Of a stretch of DNA of 64,000 bases, positions 1 to 10,135 are shown in pieces. This stretch comes from an uncultured delta proteobacterium (GTDB taxonomy: Bacteria; Desulfobacterota; Binatia; UBA9968). The DNA lies in contig CAWJZV010000034.1 of assembly GCA_963847445.1 (NCBI GenBank), positions 192,001-256,000 of the forward strand. Direction: 5' to 3'. The notes under the pieces are model-generated. The model made no database searches and was not told the origin of the DNA. It worked only from the letters and a program-made list of their open reading frames with translations. Numbering within the stretch: position 1 is the first letter of the stretch; every line of letters starts with the position of its first letter. The translations under genes and the position numbers were made by a program.

Positions 1-410
1 ACGATTCTTATTTTGCCGCCATTCGCAAGTATCCGGTAGGACTCGCGCAACATGACCATCCCCAGTTCCCAGGGCAAATGCTCGATCAAATGCTCGTTAA
101 AAACATATTGGAATGACTGATCGGGAAGAGGAAATGTAGTAGTGGCATCGATATAGACCTGATTGTTGCTGGGTTCGAGATCGGAGTTTAACCATCCTTG
201 CGGATTATTACTGCCTGCCCCCAATTGTAACTTGCGCACAGAGTGAGCCTTAAGGTACTGGTCAATGGCTTGTGAATTGCCAAAGCGTAATAAGGGATAA
301 TGGAGCGTCTTCTTAATATCGTCCGCAATCGTTACGCCGATGATAAATGCGATGAAAGCAAGCAAGGTCAGCCGCAAGTAGGATTGTTTGTTGTTCTCCA
401 TAGATGCCAT
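1..410 (-). CDS. SAM-dependent methyltransferase (type 11-like) with N-terminal hydrophobic anchor, truncated by the window edge
   Basis: Manual translation: MASMENNKQSYLRLTLLAFIAFIIGVTIA...KLQLGAGSNNPQGWLNSD...FQYVFNEHLIEHL...ESYRILANGGKIRI (LxLGAG motif I, EHxIEH, RILxxGG). Confidence 0.8.
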   Translation of the reverse strand, partial: MASMENNKQSYLRLTLLAFIAFIIGVTIADDIKKTLHYPLLRFGNSQAIDQYLKAHSVRKLQLGAGSNNPQGWLNSDLEPSNNQVYIDATTTFPLPDQSFQYVFNEHLIEHLPWELGMVMLRESYRILANGGKIRI

Positions 411-614
411 CTAGCCGCTTGCGGGTTTGATTGTAAAGTGGCGGCTTTGTGCCGTATATCTCCAGTGACAGTTGCTAGCGCACCGGTTTCAATGCACTAC
501 AGACACGACTAGCCTTCGGGTTGGCAGGAGATAGCGTCGTCAATGCTATCGATATGATGAAACTGACTTAACTTCGGTGAGCGCAGGGCTACGCGGAGGT
601 GTTCGTTGGAGAAC

Positions 615-1202
615 TTACCGGGAAGGTTGTCCTCGTTCCGTAGCGGGCGGATTTTGACTCGTCGGCGGCCATCGCAGTGTCAGTGATTGATTCAGCAGCT
701 CGGTCAATTTTTTCTTTTGTTCGGCGTTGAGCAGCGCCTTGCCCTGCTCGATGGCGCGGATGCGGGCGATGCGCAGGTCGCTGCGGAGCTTTTCTTCCTC
801 GCGTATTTTCGCTTCAAGCTTGGCCATTTCCACTGGCTCGCTGTCGAGCAAGGTGGCGATATCAAGCTCCAGGATGCGCAAGTCCGCCTCATTGCGGATG
901 GTCAAGCGCTGGAAATTATCGCGCTGCTGCTCCAACCGGCGCACTTGATCCGCGGACAATCCCAGCGCCTCTTTGTTGTTGAGCATCTGGCTGATCACCG
1001 GGCGGTCTTCGCGCGCGCCGCGCGGCCCGACGCGCTCCCACAGCCGCCCGCCCCACTCGTGCAACGCGCGTTGAAAGCGCTCCCAGGCATCGGACAGTTC
1101 TTCCGGCACCGGCGGCTTCGACCGTTCCGGTTCGGCGCTCAAAGCGGGGATGGTGACGATCAACAGCAAGGCAAACGAACATAAAAAAAACCTACGTTGC
1201 AT
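615..1202 (-). CDS. Spy/CpxP-family periplasmic chaperone-like protein
   Basis: Signal peptide from MQRRFF; LGLSADQ...LNAEQKKKL LTxxQ-like repeats; helical. Confidence 0.75.
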   Translation of the reverse strand: MQRRFFLCSFALLLIVTIPALSAEPERSKPPVPEELSDAWERFQRALHEWGGRLWERVGPRGAREDRPVISQMLNNKEALGLSADQVRRLEQQRDNFQRLTIRNEADLRILELDIATLLDSEPVEMAKLEAKIREEEKLRSDLRIARIRAIEQGKALLNAEQKKKLTELLNQSLTLRWPPTSQNPPATERGQPSR

Positions 1203-1333
1203 AACGCCTCCAGTGAGCCAATTCAGCAGGGACTGGCAAAAAGTAAAGCTCCGCCACGTCTCGAAGTCAACGCAGTGGGTCATGGCACGGCGGGCCAACG
1301 ATGAGGCGAGTTGTCATAGCAATAATTTCGCTC

Positions 1334-1362
1334 TTGACATTGGCACCGCGCAGTCGTAGAGC
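1334..1362 (+). promoter_or_regulatory. sigma70-type promoter upstream of the structured RNA
   Basis: Perfect TTGACA (1334-1339), 17-nt spacer, weak -10 TAGAGC (1357-1362). Confidence 0.5.
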
Positions 1363-1368
1363 GGTAGC

Positions 1369-1770
1369 AGATTCACTGAACGCCGCCAGGCGTAGGGGCG
1401 AGTGAGTCGCATAATGCAGTGAAGCCCCAAGGTGTGAAAGGAGGTCTTTGCTATGCAAGACGGAAATCCACCGAACCACGTATGCCCGCTGTTTGCGGGC
1501 GGCTCCCGACCCGGACATCTACCCGTCTCACGCAGCGGCGTTAACTAACCGGACCTCAACTAAATTGCCTGAAGGCAAATCGTCGCTCTAGCGACATAGT
1601 GAGGAAGGTCGTAGGTAGTATGACACGCGGAGGTCACTCACGTGAGTGCGTTCCGGATCAAGCCCATCGAACCGTTGGCAGCGGGAGTAAGGGCAAATTA
1701 AATAGCGCAGTTAAGCGCGCGAAACGCGCCGCAAGGGCGTCCTTCCGTGAAGGACGCCCTTGTCATTCTT
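1369..1770 (+). ncRNA. Candidate large structured ncRNA, unassigned family
   Basis: More than 12 helices in two multibranch domains plus two long-range pairings; no credible ORF; flanked by promoter and terminator. Confidence 0.65.
1732..1770 (+). terminator. Intrinsic terminator-like hairpin
   Basis: 14-bp perfect stem CAAGGGCGTCCTTC/GAAGGACGCCCTTG followed by TCATTCTT. Confidence 0.7.
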
Positions 1771-1837
1771 AGCGCGCCATTCAGTTTCGGTCCGGCAATG
1801 GAACGGGTTAAACTAGCAAACGTTTGGGGAGAAGATC

Positions 1838-2324
1838 ATGATAGAAGCGGATCATCGTTATCTACGCTATGCCTTGATGGTCGCCGAACGTGCCCGCGAC
1901 CATGGCGACCGCCCGTTTGGCGCGGTGCTGGTGAGCAATCGCGGCAGAATTTTGATCGAGGCGGAAAACGCCAAACACGCCACTCATGATTGCACGAGCC
2001 ACGCCGAAACCAGGCTGCTCGCCCAGGCGTCGCGGCAGTTTCCCCGCCACCTGCTGGTCCATTGCACGCTTTACGTAAATGCCGAGCCCTGCCCAATGTG
2101 CGCCGGGGCGATATTCTGGAGCGGTGTGGGCCGCGTCGTCTTCGGTCTCAGCAACGCCCGCCTGAGACAGCTGGTCGGACAGCGTTCGGAGCAACTATTC
2201 GAACATTGCGCCGAGGTGCTCGCCGAGGCACGCACACGTCGAAGTGGTGGGACCCTTGTTCGAAGAAGAAGCGGCCCAGGCGTTTAGAGAAGGGCTCGTC
2301 TTGCCAACAGTTCTGGCACAGTGA
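1838..2324 (+). CDS. Nucleoside deaminase (cytidine/guanine deaminase-like); frameshift near the 3' end
   Basis: PFGAVLV, HAE and EPCPMC zinc motifs; C-terminus EVVGPLFEEEA continues in another frame. Confidence 0.85.
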
Positions 2325-2414
2325 TTTTGTTCACCGGGCAGGGAGCCACGGATCCATAGTCGGCTTAGCGCAACGACAGGCGTTGACGGTTCGCGCAATC
2401 ACAGGGAGGGAACC

Positions 2415-3236
2415 ATGCAAATCATCACGATCTACCAGGGCGCTTCAGGCAGCGGCGAAGAGTTGGCCGAGAGCGTGGCGCAGGCGTTGGGTTACGGCCG
2501 CGTCGACCGCGAAGTGCTGGTTCAGGCAAGTTTGCAGTACGGCATCCCGGAATCCAAACTCAATGAAATCGTCGAGCGCGAACCGAGCTGGTGGGCGACC
2601 TTCACGCGCAATCTCGATCCTTATCGAATCGCGTTACAGGCGGCGTTCTGCGAGATCGCCCGCGATCATGGCATCGTCTATCACGGTCATCTGGGCCATG
2701 AACTCATCCCGAAATTTCAGCATGTTCTCAAAGTTTTGCTCACGGCACCGATGGAAATGCGCGTCGAGCAAGTGCGCGCGCGCCACAAGCTCAATGAAAT
2801 AGCCGCGCGGCGTTACGTCGACGAAGTCGACAAGGCGCGCACGCGCCGGCTGCAAGGCATGTTCGGCACCGATTGGCGCGATGCCAGCCGCTACGATTTG
2901 GTGGTCAATCTTGGCCATATGAGCGTGGCGACGGCAAAGCAGTTGATCGTGGCTGCGGCCCACGCGCCGGACTATCAGATGACCCGAGCATCGAAGCAGG
3001 CGTTTGAAAACTTTGCGCTGGCATCGCGAGTTCGCGCCACCTTAGCGCTCGCTGAAGACCTGTCCCAGGTGCGGGTCGAGGTCGATGCCAATGAGGGCGA
3101 TATTCTCGTCAGCGGCACTGTGCCGGAATGGATTACCGCACGGCAAGTCGTCACCCACATCGAAGCGATTCCTGGCATCAAGCAGGTGCAGGCGGATCTC
3201 ACGACGCTGCCGTCCAGCCTCGGAATGACCAGTTGA
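2415..3236 (+). CDS. Cytidylate-kinase-like family protein with C-terminal BON domain
   Basis: IITI..GASGSG, YDLVVN; C-terminal VEVDANEGDILVSGTV...IPGIKQV. Confidence 0.8.
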   Translation: MQIITIYQGASGSGEELAESVAQALGYGRVDREVLVQASLQYGIPESKLNEIVEREPSWWATFTRNLDPYRIALQAAFCEIARDHGIVYHGHLGHELIPKFQHVLKVLLTAPMEMRVEQVRARHKLNEIAARRYVDEVDKARTRRLQGMFGTDWRDASRYDLVVNLGHMSVATAKQLIVAAAHAPDYQMTRASKQAFENFALASRVRATLALAEDLSQVRVEVDANEGDILVSGTVPEWITARQVVTHIEAIPGIKQVQADLTTLPSSLGMTS

Positions 3237-3248
3237 CAAGTGCGGTTA

Positions 3249-4527
3249 CTAGAAAATTGCCGACGCCGATATCAAGCAACTGGCTCGGAAAATCCACGAC
3301 GCGCTAGCGGTGCGCGCCGTCTCTTTGAGCAGGGTCGCCATGGCGAGCATGCCGACGGCGATCGCGGCGGCGAGGACTTGCCAGGCGATCGGATAGGAGC
3401 CGGTGCGATCGACGATGTAACCGAAAAGCGGCGTGCCCAACGTCGCCGCGCCGGCGTTGATCGTGATCATCATGCCGAGCCCGGCGCCGGTCTTGGCCTT
3501 GCCGGCGATCTCGCCGATGAGCGCGTAGGAAACGCCTTGGTAGCCGACGATGCAGACACCGGAGAGAAACAAGATCGCCATGAGGAGAAAGTAGGAGGAG
3601 TCCCGTCCCATCAAACTTAACGCCGTGAAGAGAATCACCGACAATACGCCGATCAATATCAGCACGATCTTACGTCGGCCGGCGAAGATCCGGTCGCTGA
3701 CGACGCCCCAACCGACCCGTCCGATCATCGCCCCCGCCTGGGTGAGGGCGAGCGCCTGGCTCGCCCAGTAGGACGAAAACCCCATGGCGTCTTTCAGATA
3801 CAACGGCACGTAAGTGATCAGCGCCATCTGCCCAATCAAGATAAATCGCCGTCGCGCAGCTAATCGGCAACAGCGCCCAAACATTCAGCGGTCCGTCGGT
3901 GGTTGCGGCGCCGCGGTTAGCTTCGGCGACCGCGATGTTTTCAGCCGCCGGTTCGCGCCACAGCCATGAGAAAATGAAACCGAAAAGCAAATTGACCACG
4001 CCCAAGGCGGCTAACGAGCCGCGCCAACCGATCAACAGTACCAGTGACGGTGCGACGATCGCCGCGAGCACGCCGCCGCCCGGCACGCCGGTCTGCTTGG
4101 CGCCCATGGCGGTCGCGCGCTCGTCGCGGTGAAACCAGTACATTACGCCTATGGTCGACGCCGGATTGAGAAAGCTGTAGCCAAACCCGGCCAGGAAAAA
4201 GCTCAGGCAGCCAAACTCGAAGGACTGCGAAAATGCCGCCGCCACGGTGCATAGACCCAAGAGCACATGACCTTGCAGGGTGGTTTTGCGCACACCCAGG
4301 CGATCCGCCAGCCAACCGGTGCCAAACGACGCGCCGGTCATGGCCAGATAAAATGACGAAAAAAACAATCCCACTTGGGCGCGCGATAGTCCGAGCTCGT
4401 CCTTGTAAAACGGCGCCAAAGTGTTGATACCGTACTGCGCCGCGGCGCCGATGATATGCGACACGCTGATCAGCGCGAGGATCTTCCAGCGGACAGGGTC
4501 CCGCTTCACTGTGATGTCAGCAGCCAT
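3249..4527 (-). CDS. MFS transporter (frameshifted)
   Basis: GWLADRLGVR motif A; two consecutive hydrophobic ORFs (3670-4527, 3249-3884). Confidence 0.85.
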
Positions 4528-4542
4528 GGCGATAAACGGGGA

Positions 4543-6146
4543 TTAGTCGAAGACGGTTGTGCTATAGCTGTCGGCGTCGACAAAGGCTTCAATGACGCTC
4601 GGTCCATCGAGGGCGAATGCCCAATCGAGGGCGTTGCGAAATTCATCCGGCGTCTTGGCGGCGCGGCAGGGCACGCCGAAATAATGCGCCGGCGATTCCG
4701 GCGGCGCGCCGAGACGCACGCCGGAAAGCGCATAGTTGCGTTTTTCTTGTTTGACTTTCATCAAGCCAAGCCAGCCGTCGTTGAGCACGATCACCGGCAC
4801 GGCGAGATTCAGCCGGCGCGCCAACGCCAATTCGCCGGCGGTCATCTGAAAGCCGCCGTCGCCGACCACGCAGACAACGGCGCGATCGGGGTGAACGAGT
4901 TTCGCCGCGTACGCCGCCGGCATGCCGTAGCCCATCGACGACCAACCGTTGGTCGCGAGCAGAGTCCTGGCCACATCGGTGCGCCACTGCGACGCGATTT
5001 GATGGGTGTGCGCGCCGACGTCGTAGGCCAGGATGCCGTCGGCCGGAAGCCTCTCGCGCAAAATATCCAAAACTTGATAGCGGCGCAAAGTTCGCGCTGG
5101 CTGGACGGAGCGCTTGGTCCAAAGCCTCGCGATGCGCGTGGAAATCCCGTCGATCGACCAGTCGTTCGCCATGGCCGGAGTGGCGCTCATAGCGCCAATC
5201 GCCGCGTCCAAGTTGCACGCCCTGTTCCAAATCAGATTCACACCGTTGCCGCTCTCAGCCGCTTCGGTGCTGATGTGAATGATCGGCGTCCCGGGCTTCA
5301 CCCACTCTTCGTAATTGATCTCGATGGGATCGTAGCCGACGGCAATGATGAGATCGGCCCGGTCGGTGAATTTTTTAATATCGCTGCGTCGCGCCCGGCC
5401 GATGACGCCGGCCGAGTTTGCATGGCTCTCCGGCAAAAACCCTTTGCCATGCAGGGTCGTGACGAATGGAATATTTTGCCGCTCGACGAATGCTAATAAA
5501 TTCTGACTGGCCGCGCAGCGGGTGAACGACAAACCGCTAATGAGCAACGGCCGCTTGGAACTGCTGCAACGCCTGCGCAATCGCCGCGGCAATTTCATTC
5601 GATAAATCCGGCAGCAAGCGCCGGCGCCGTCGGCGCGCCCCGGGTTTCCAGCGCCACCGCCTGGGCGACATCCTCGGGCAAGTCGAGATGCACCGGCCCC
5701 GGCGGTTCTTGCGTCGCGAGGCCAAGCGCTTGAGCGAAGATCTCGCCGACATTGCCATGGCGGCAAGCGAAGGTCGCCTTGGTCAGCGGCTCGAATAGCT
5801 TGTGATGATCGATGCGCATCTGAATACGCCGCTCGAGCCAAGGCGTGGCGACATTGCAAGTGATCGCCAACAGCGGCGCGCGGTCCAGCCAGGCGCAACC
5901 GACGCCGGTGGTTAAATTGGTCGCGCCGGGACCGACCGTCGACGCACATACGCCGGGAACCCCGGTCAGATAACCCACCGCCGAAGCCATGAACGCCGCC
6001 GAAGTTTCGCTGGCGGTGAGCACGAACTCAACCGAACTGCCGCGCAGCGCTTCGATCAACGGCAACACCGGCCCGCTCGGAATGCCGAATACCCAGCGCA
6101 CTCCGGCCTGTTCCAGTGTGCGAACGATTAGATCGCTGTTGTTCAT
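4543..6146 (-). CDS. Thiamine-diphosphate-dependent enzyme, acetolactate synthase-like (frameshifted)
   Basis: GVRWVFGIP, GPGATN, PGPVHLDLP; C-terminal SMGYG and GDGGF...LND ThDP motif. Confidence 0.9.
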
Positions 6147-6198
6147 GTATTTGATTCAACCTTGCCGTATTAGCGCGGGCCATCGCCGACGCTCTCGT

Positions 6199-6260
6199 CG
6201 AGGATGGAGGCTAGAAGATGGCGCTTTTCAGCCCTCGATCCTCCATCGTCAATCCTCGAC
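6199..6260. repeat. Heptamer-periodic imperfect palindrome
   Basis: GAGGATGGAGG...CCTCGATCCTCCATCGTCAATCCTCGA; related copy at 36976-37041. Confidence 0.6.
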
Positions 6261-6268
6261 CCAGGCCG

Positions 6269-7076
6269 CTAATTGCCAATCCGCACCGGGTCGACGACGT
6301 CTTGCACGGCGCGAATAATCGACAGCGCGGTCAACTTCCCGGTCTTGGGATTTTCGCTCGGGATATTTTCGATATGCACATGCAGCTTGCCGAACTCGCC
6401 TTCGATATCGATGTCGTGGCAGTTGCGCAACAGGCCGGGCACGGCGAGGATGCGCACGCGGGTCTGGTCCGGACCGATCCCCGCCAAGCTTACCGCGCCG
6501 GTAACGTTAACGTTTGCCGGAAAGCCGCGGCAGGCTTCGCGCGCCGAGCCGGAGAAAACTTCTTGCTCTTCCTGCAAGCCAACCAGGGAGATACCACGCT
6601 CGACCAGGTACGGCGCGCCTTCGAGGCCCAACGGCGGCTTGCGCGTCGTGTGCGTGACATGGGTGATAGCGCCGACGCAGGCCGACTTGATGCCATCCAA
6701 GCCGGCGATGGCGCCCGACGGGACGTACAAGCGGCAACCGGTGCGGCGCGACTCCGCCATGACCTCGGGATGTTCGAGGAGCGCGCCGACGCTGATGACC
6801 ATCAGATCTTTGCCGGCGGCAAAGGCCTTTTGGGCTAACTCCGCCACCACCTGACCGCCCGCCGCTTCGACCATCAGGTCGGACGCCGCGATCAATTCGT
6901 CCAAGGAAAGATACCGCGGCGGGTTTTTAAACGCCGCGAGAAACTCCCGGGCGCTTCTGCGACCTTCGGCTGGTCACGCCGGCGATGCGCACCGACAGTT
7001 TGCCATCTTCCACGGCGCGCACCAGCGCCTTGCCAATCGCCCCGCAACCGACAATGCCAATCGACTTGATCGCCAT
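6269..7076 (-). CDS. nadX: L-aspartate dehydrogenase (frameshifted at the N-terminus)
   Basis: IGIVGCGAIG; SGAIAGLD, TTRKP, FPANVNV, NPKTGKL motifs. Confidence 0.85.
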
Positions 7077-7315
7077 AAATCGCCGTCAACCTCATCAGAA
7101 AGTTTTAGCGCTCGTCTATCTAGCTTGAAGCGTTTTGCCCTGTCAATCGACGCCAGCGGGTTAAGACGATCAACGCGATATCTGGCGGAAACGGCAAACC
7201 AAGCGATATCCAGCTCATAGCCACGCCAAGCGAGTCAAAAGTCAAATGACGCGACCGAATTAAAATTCACATGGAAAAGATTGGCAAATCCTTCGCATGG
7301 TGGTAGATGAGATCT

Positions 7316-7588
7316 ATGCCGGCGTACGAAATTTACTTCCGTTGCGACGACTGCAAACGCGAACATACGATCCACATGAAGATCCACTTCACCGAAGGAC
7401 CGGATCGCAAGCAAAGTCTTGCCGAATTCTTCGTCGGCCGTTCGATGCCGCCACAGGTCTCGTCGTTGCAAGGCCATAACGCGTTCTGTCTAAAAACCGG
7501 CCGGCGCTTCAAACTCGACAAAGACGAGCAAATCCTGCTGGTGCCGCCATCGGCGCGATCAGCTCGCCGCCGCGCCAACCACAGTTGA
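7316..7588 (+). CDS. Small hypothetical protein with CxxC..H..C putative metal site
   Basis: MPAYEIYFRCDDCKREH...FCLKTG; host-like codon usage. Confidence 0.65.
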   Translation: MPAYEIYFRCDDCKREHTIHMKIHFTEGPDRKQSLAEFFVGRSMPPQVSSLQGHNAFCLKTGRRFKLDKDEQILLVPPSARSARRRANHS

Positions 7589-7662
7589 TCCCGAAAACCG
7601 ATTGACGCCGTAGGTATGGCGCGCGCCAAGGCAGGCAGCGCGGCGCGTTAGCTCTCAGGGTC

Positions 7663-8077
7663 TCAGATGCCGTACAGCATCAGATAAATCACCACGCCGG
7701 TCACCGAAACGTACAGCCAGATAGGAAACGTCCAGCGGGCGATGCGCCGGTGCGCGTCGAAGCGCTCGCGCAGTGCGCGGATCAGGGTTATCAGCACCAG
7801 CGGCACCACCGCCGCCGCGAGAATGGTGTGGGTGATCAGGATCGTGAAGTAGACCGGACGAATCCAGCCTTGGCCCTTGAACCCCACCGAGCCGACTTGA
7901 AAGTGGTACACCAGGTAGGAGATCAGAAACAGCATCGAGCACGCGAGCGCCGCCAGCATGCAGCGCCGGTGGGCATCGCGGTTCTTGCTGCGAATGAAGA
8001 AATAGCCGGCGCAAAGAAAAACGGCGCTGAGGGTATTCAGCGCCGCGTTCAGAGTCGGAAGTTGCGACAGCGGTCAT
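7663..8077 (-). CDS. DUF420 membrane protein (CtaM/YozB-like)
   Basis: LPTLNAALN...FLISYLVYH...HRRIARWTFPIWLYVSVTGV. Confidence 0.85.
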
Positions 8078-8358
8078 CACCGCGGGTAAGATATCCGGCA
8101 GCAACATTAAGACTCAGGAAAATGCACAGAATAAACGGCACAAGCGCGACGATCGTCAGCGTCTTCTTCTCGATCTTGAGGTGCATGAAGTGGAGCGCCA
8201 CCAGCGCGGCTTTCCACACCGCCAGACCGACCAGCAAGCGCGACCAGCAGCGTTCTCGGCAGACCCAGAAACGTCATGCCGATCTCGACGGCGGTCAGCA
8301 CCGAGAGAATGATGAAAATCTTGATGTAGTTGTGATGCGAGTGAGCGGTCGATGACAT
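8077..8358 (-). CDS. Cytochrome c oxidase subunit IV family (frameshifted)
   Basis: YIKIFIILSVLTAVE, KAALVALHFMHLKIE. Confidence 0.8.
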
Positions 8359-8379
8359 GATGACTCCTCTAATGTTTGA

Positions 8380-8989
8380 CTATAACAGATAGACGAACGT
8401 AAAGATCAAGATCCAGACGAGATCGACGAAGTGCCAATAGAGGCCGGCGATCTCGACATGCTTGGCCTGGTACCGGCCGCGATTGACCGCCGCCAGCACG
8501 CAGATATTGTAGATCACGCCGCCGGTAACATGCATGCCGTGAAAGCCGGTCAGCACAAAGAAGGTCGTCGCGAATAAATCGTTGCTAAAGGCCAATTTGT
8601 ACTGCGGCAGGGTGTGGCCGATCAGATGCGTCCACTCATAGGCTTGCAGGCCGAGAAAGATCGCGCCGCCAAGGATGGTCAGGCTCATGAACTTTTTGAA
8701 GCGCGGCTTATCGCCGTCCTGCAACGCCGGCCAAGCCCAATACCATGGTCACGCTGCTGACGATCAGCAAGAATGTCATCAACGCCGTCAGGTTGATGCC
8801 CAGCACCTCGGCGGGAACCGGCCAGCTCTTGCTGTGGTAACGCAAGGCGCCATAGGCGACAATCAGGCCGCCGAACGACATCGCGTCGCCGGCGAGAAAC
8901 AACCACATGCCGAGCTTGCCCCAGCTCTCCGGGGTCAAGGGGGTTTCGGCGGGCTCCACCGCACCATGCACCGCTACCGCTTCACTCAT
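8380..8989 (-). CDS. ctaE: Cytochrome c oxidase subunit III (frameshifted)
   Basis: KLGMWLFL..D; TGFHGMHV; YWHFVDLVW. Confidence 0.9.
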
Positions 8990-9282
8990 TTCGCGCTTTC
9001 CTCCTGGGTCCAAATCAACGGATTAATCGCTTCCTGCACTTCCAGCTCTGCCGACCTTGCTTGCCTCGCCGCCGCTCTGCGGTACGCAATCACTAAACAT
9101 CCGGCAATGGTTCCGGCGATGGCGTAGGGCGCGGCGAGCAGGAAACCGACGCTCCAGTTGAAGGCGTGGGTCACAGCGTCATCGTCGCCGGAAAAACACA
9201 CAGAACAGGCCTTGGCCAGCGTCGGCAAGATTAAAAAAGTACCGATCAGAAACGCAACCAAAATTCTCGCTTTAACACACAT
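8986..9282 (-). CDS. Small membrane protein, signal peptide + CxxC + TM helix
   Basis: AKACSVCFSG followed by a hydrophobic segment; overlaps the ctaE start. Confidence 0.6.
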   Translation of the reverse strand: MCVKARILVAFLIGTFLILPTLAKACSVCFSGDDDAVTHAFNWSVGFLLAAPYAIAGTIAGCLVIAYRRAAARQARSAELEVQEAINPLIWTQEESAK

Positions 9283-9332
9283 AAACAGGCAAAAAAATAA
9301 CTTAACGGCTCTGCCCTGTCAACCAAACTGCG

Positions 9333-9987
9333 CTAGTAAAGATAAACCAAGCCGTACAGCACCGGCCAAAGCGCCACGACAAAGGTCCAATACATGCGCG
9401 CGGTTTGCACGCCGACAAAATCTTTCTTGGTAAAGCGCCCGCGCGTGGCCTGCCAGCAGACGATCGTCAGCCAAATCAGTCCGCCGATGACATGGACGCC
9501 ATGGGCGCCGATGAGGGTGTAAAACAATCCGCCATAGACGCTGCTCGACGTGGTCAGGCCGAAATGGATCATGCGCAGCCACTCATAGCCCTGGATCAGC
9601 AAGAACAGCGCACCTAAAAGTGCGGTCCAGGCCAAATAGCGCGCGATACGCGGCGCCGGCGCGCGCCGCGCCAACCGCCCAATGCACGGTCAGGGCGCTG
9701 ACGAGCAAGATGACCGTATTCACGCCGGTCACACCGATGGGCAAGCGCGGTTGAAACGGCGGCGGCCAGACTGTGGCGCTCAGACGAAAAACCAAGAACG
9801 CGCCGATCAGACCGGCGAAGAACATCAATTCGGCGCCAAGCAGCATGATCACGCCGAGCCGGCATTGTTAAGGATCGGCACATTGGGCCGCACCGGCGGA
9901 CCGCCGCCGCCGGCGAATTCTCGACGCGGTGCAGCGTGCCACCGGTGCCGCGTCATCGAGCTTGCGTGCCGCCGAACTGGTTGTCAT
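9333..9987 (-). CDS. Second cytochrome c oxidase subunit III paralog (frameshifted)
   Basis: NARLGVIMLLGAELMFFAGLI; NTVILLVS; GAHGVHV; MYWTFV. Confidence 0.85.
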
Positions 9988-10009
9988 GATTTTCGCCGTA
10001 GTCAATGGT

Positions 10010-10135
10010 TCAGTAGACGACGATGAACACCATGATCGCCGCGATATAGAGAATCACGGCAGCCGCCAAGAGCGCGCCGAAGCGCCCGCGCTTCGCAGCT
10101 TTTGCTCGGCCCGGTTCTGTCATGGTTTGATTCAT
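10010..10135 (-). CDS. 41-aa single-pass membrane peptide within the cox operon
   Basis: MNQTMTEPGRAKAAKRGRFGALLAAAVILYIAAIMVFIVVY*; ATGA overlap with the ctaB stop. Confidence 0.6.
   Translation of the reverse strand: MNQTMTEPGRAKAAKRGRFGALLAAAVILYIAAIMVFIVVY

Noticed and set aside
1369-1770. Assignment of the RNA as RNase P, tmRNA, SRP or a group I/II intron
   Set aside because: GAGGAAGGTC (1601) resembles RNase P CR-I, but the P4 partner/CR-V and P1 arrangement are missing. There are no tRNA-like ends or tag ORF, no SRP loop motif and no intron domain V or P7 signature.
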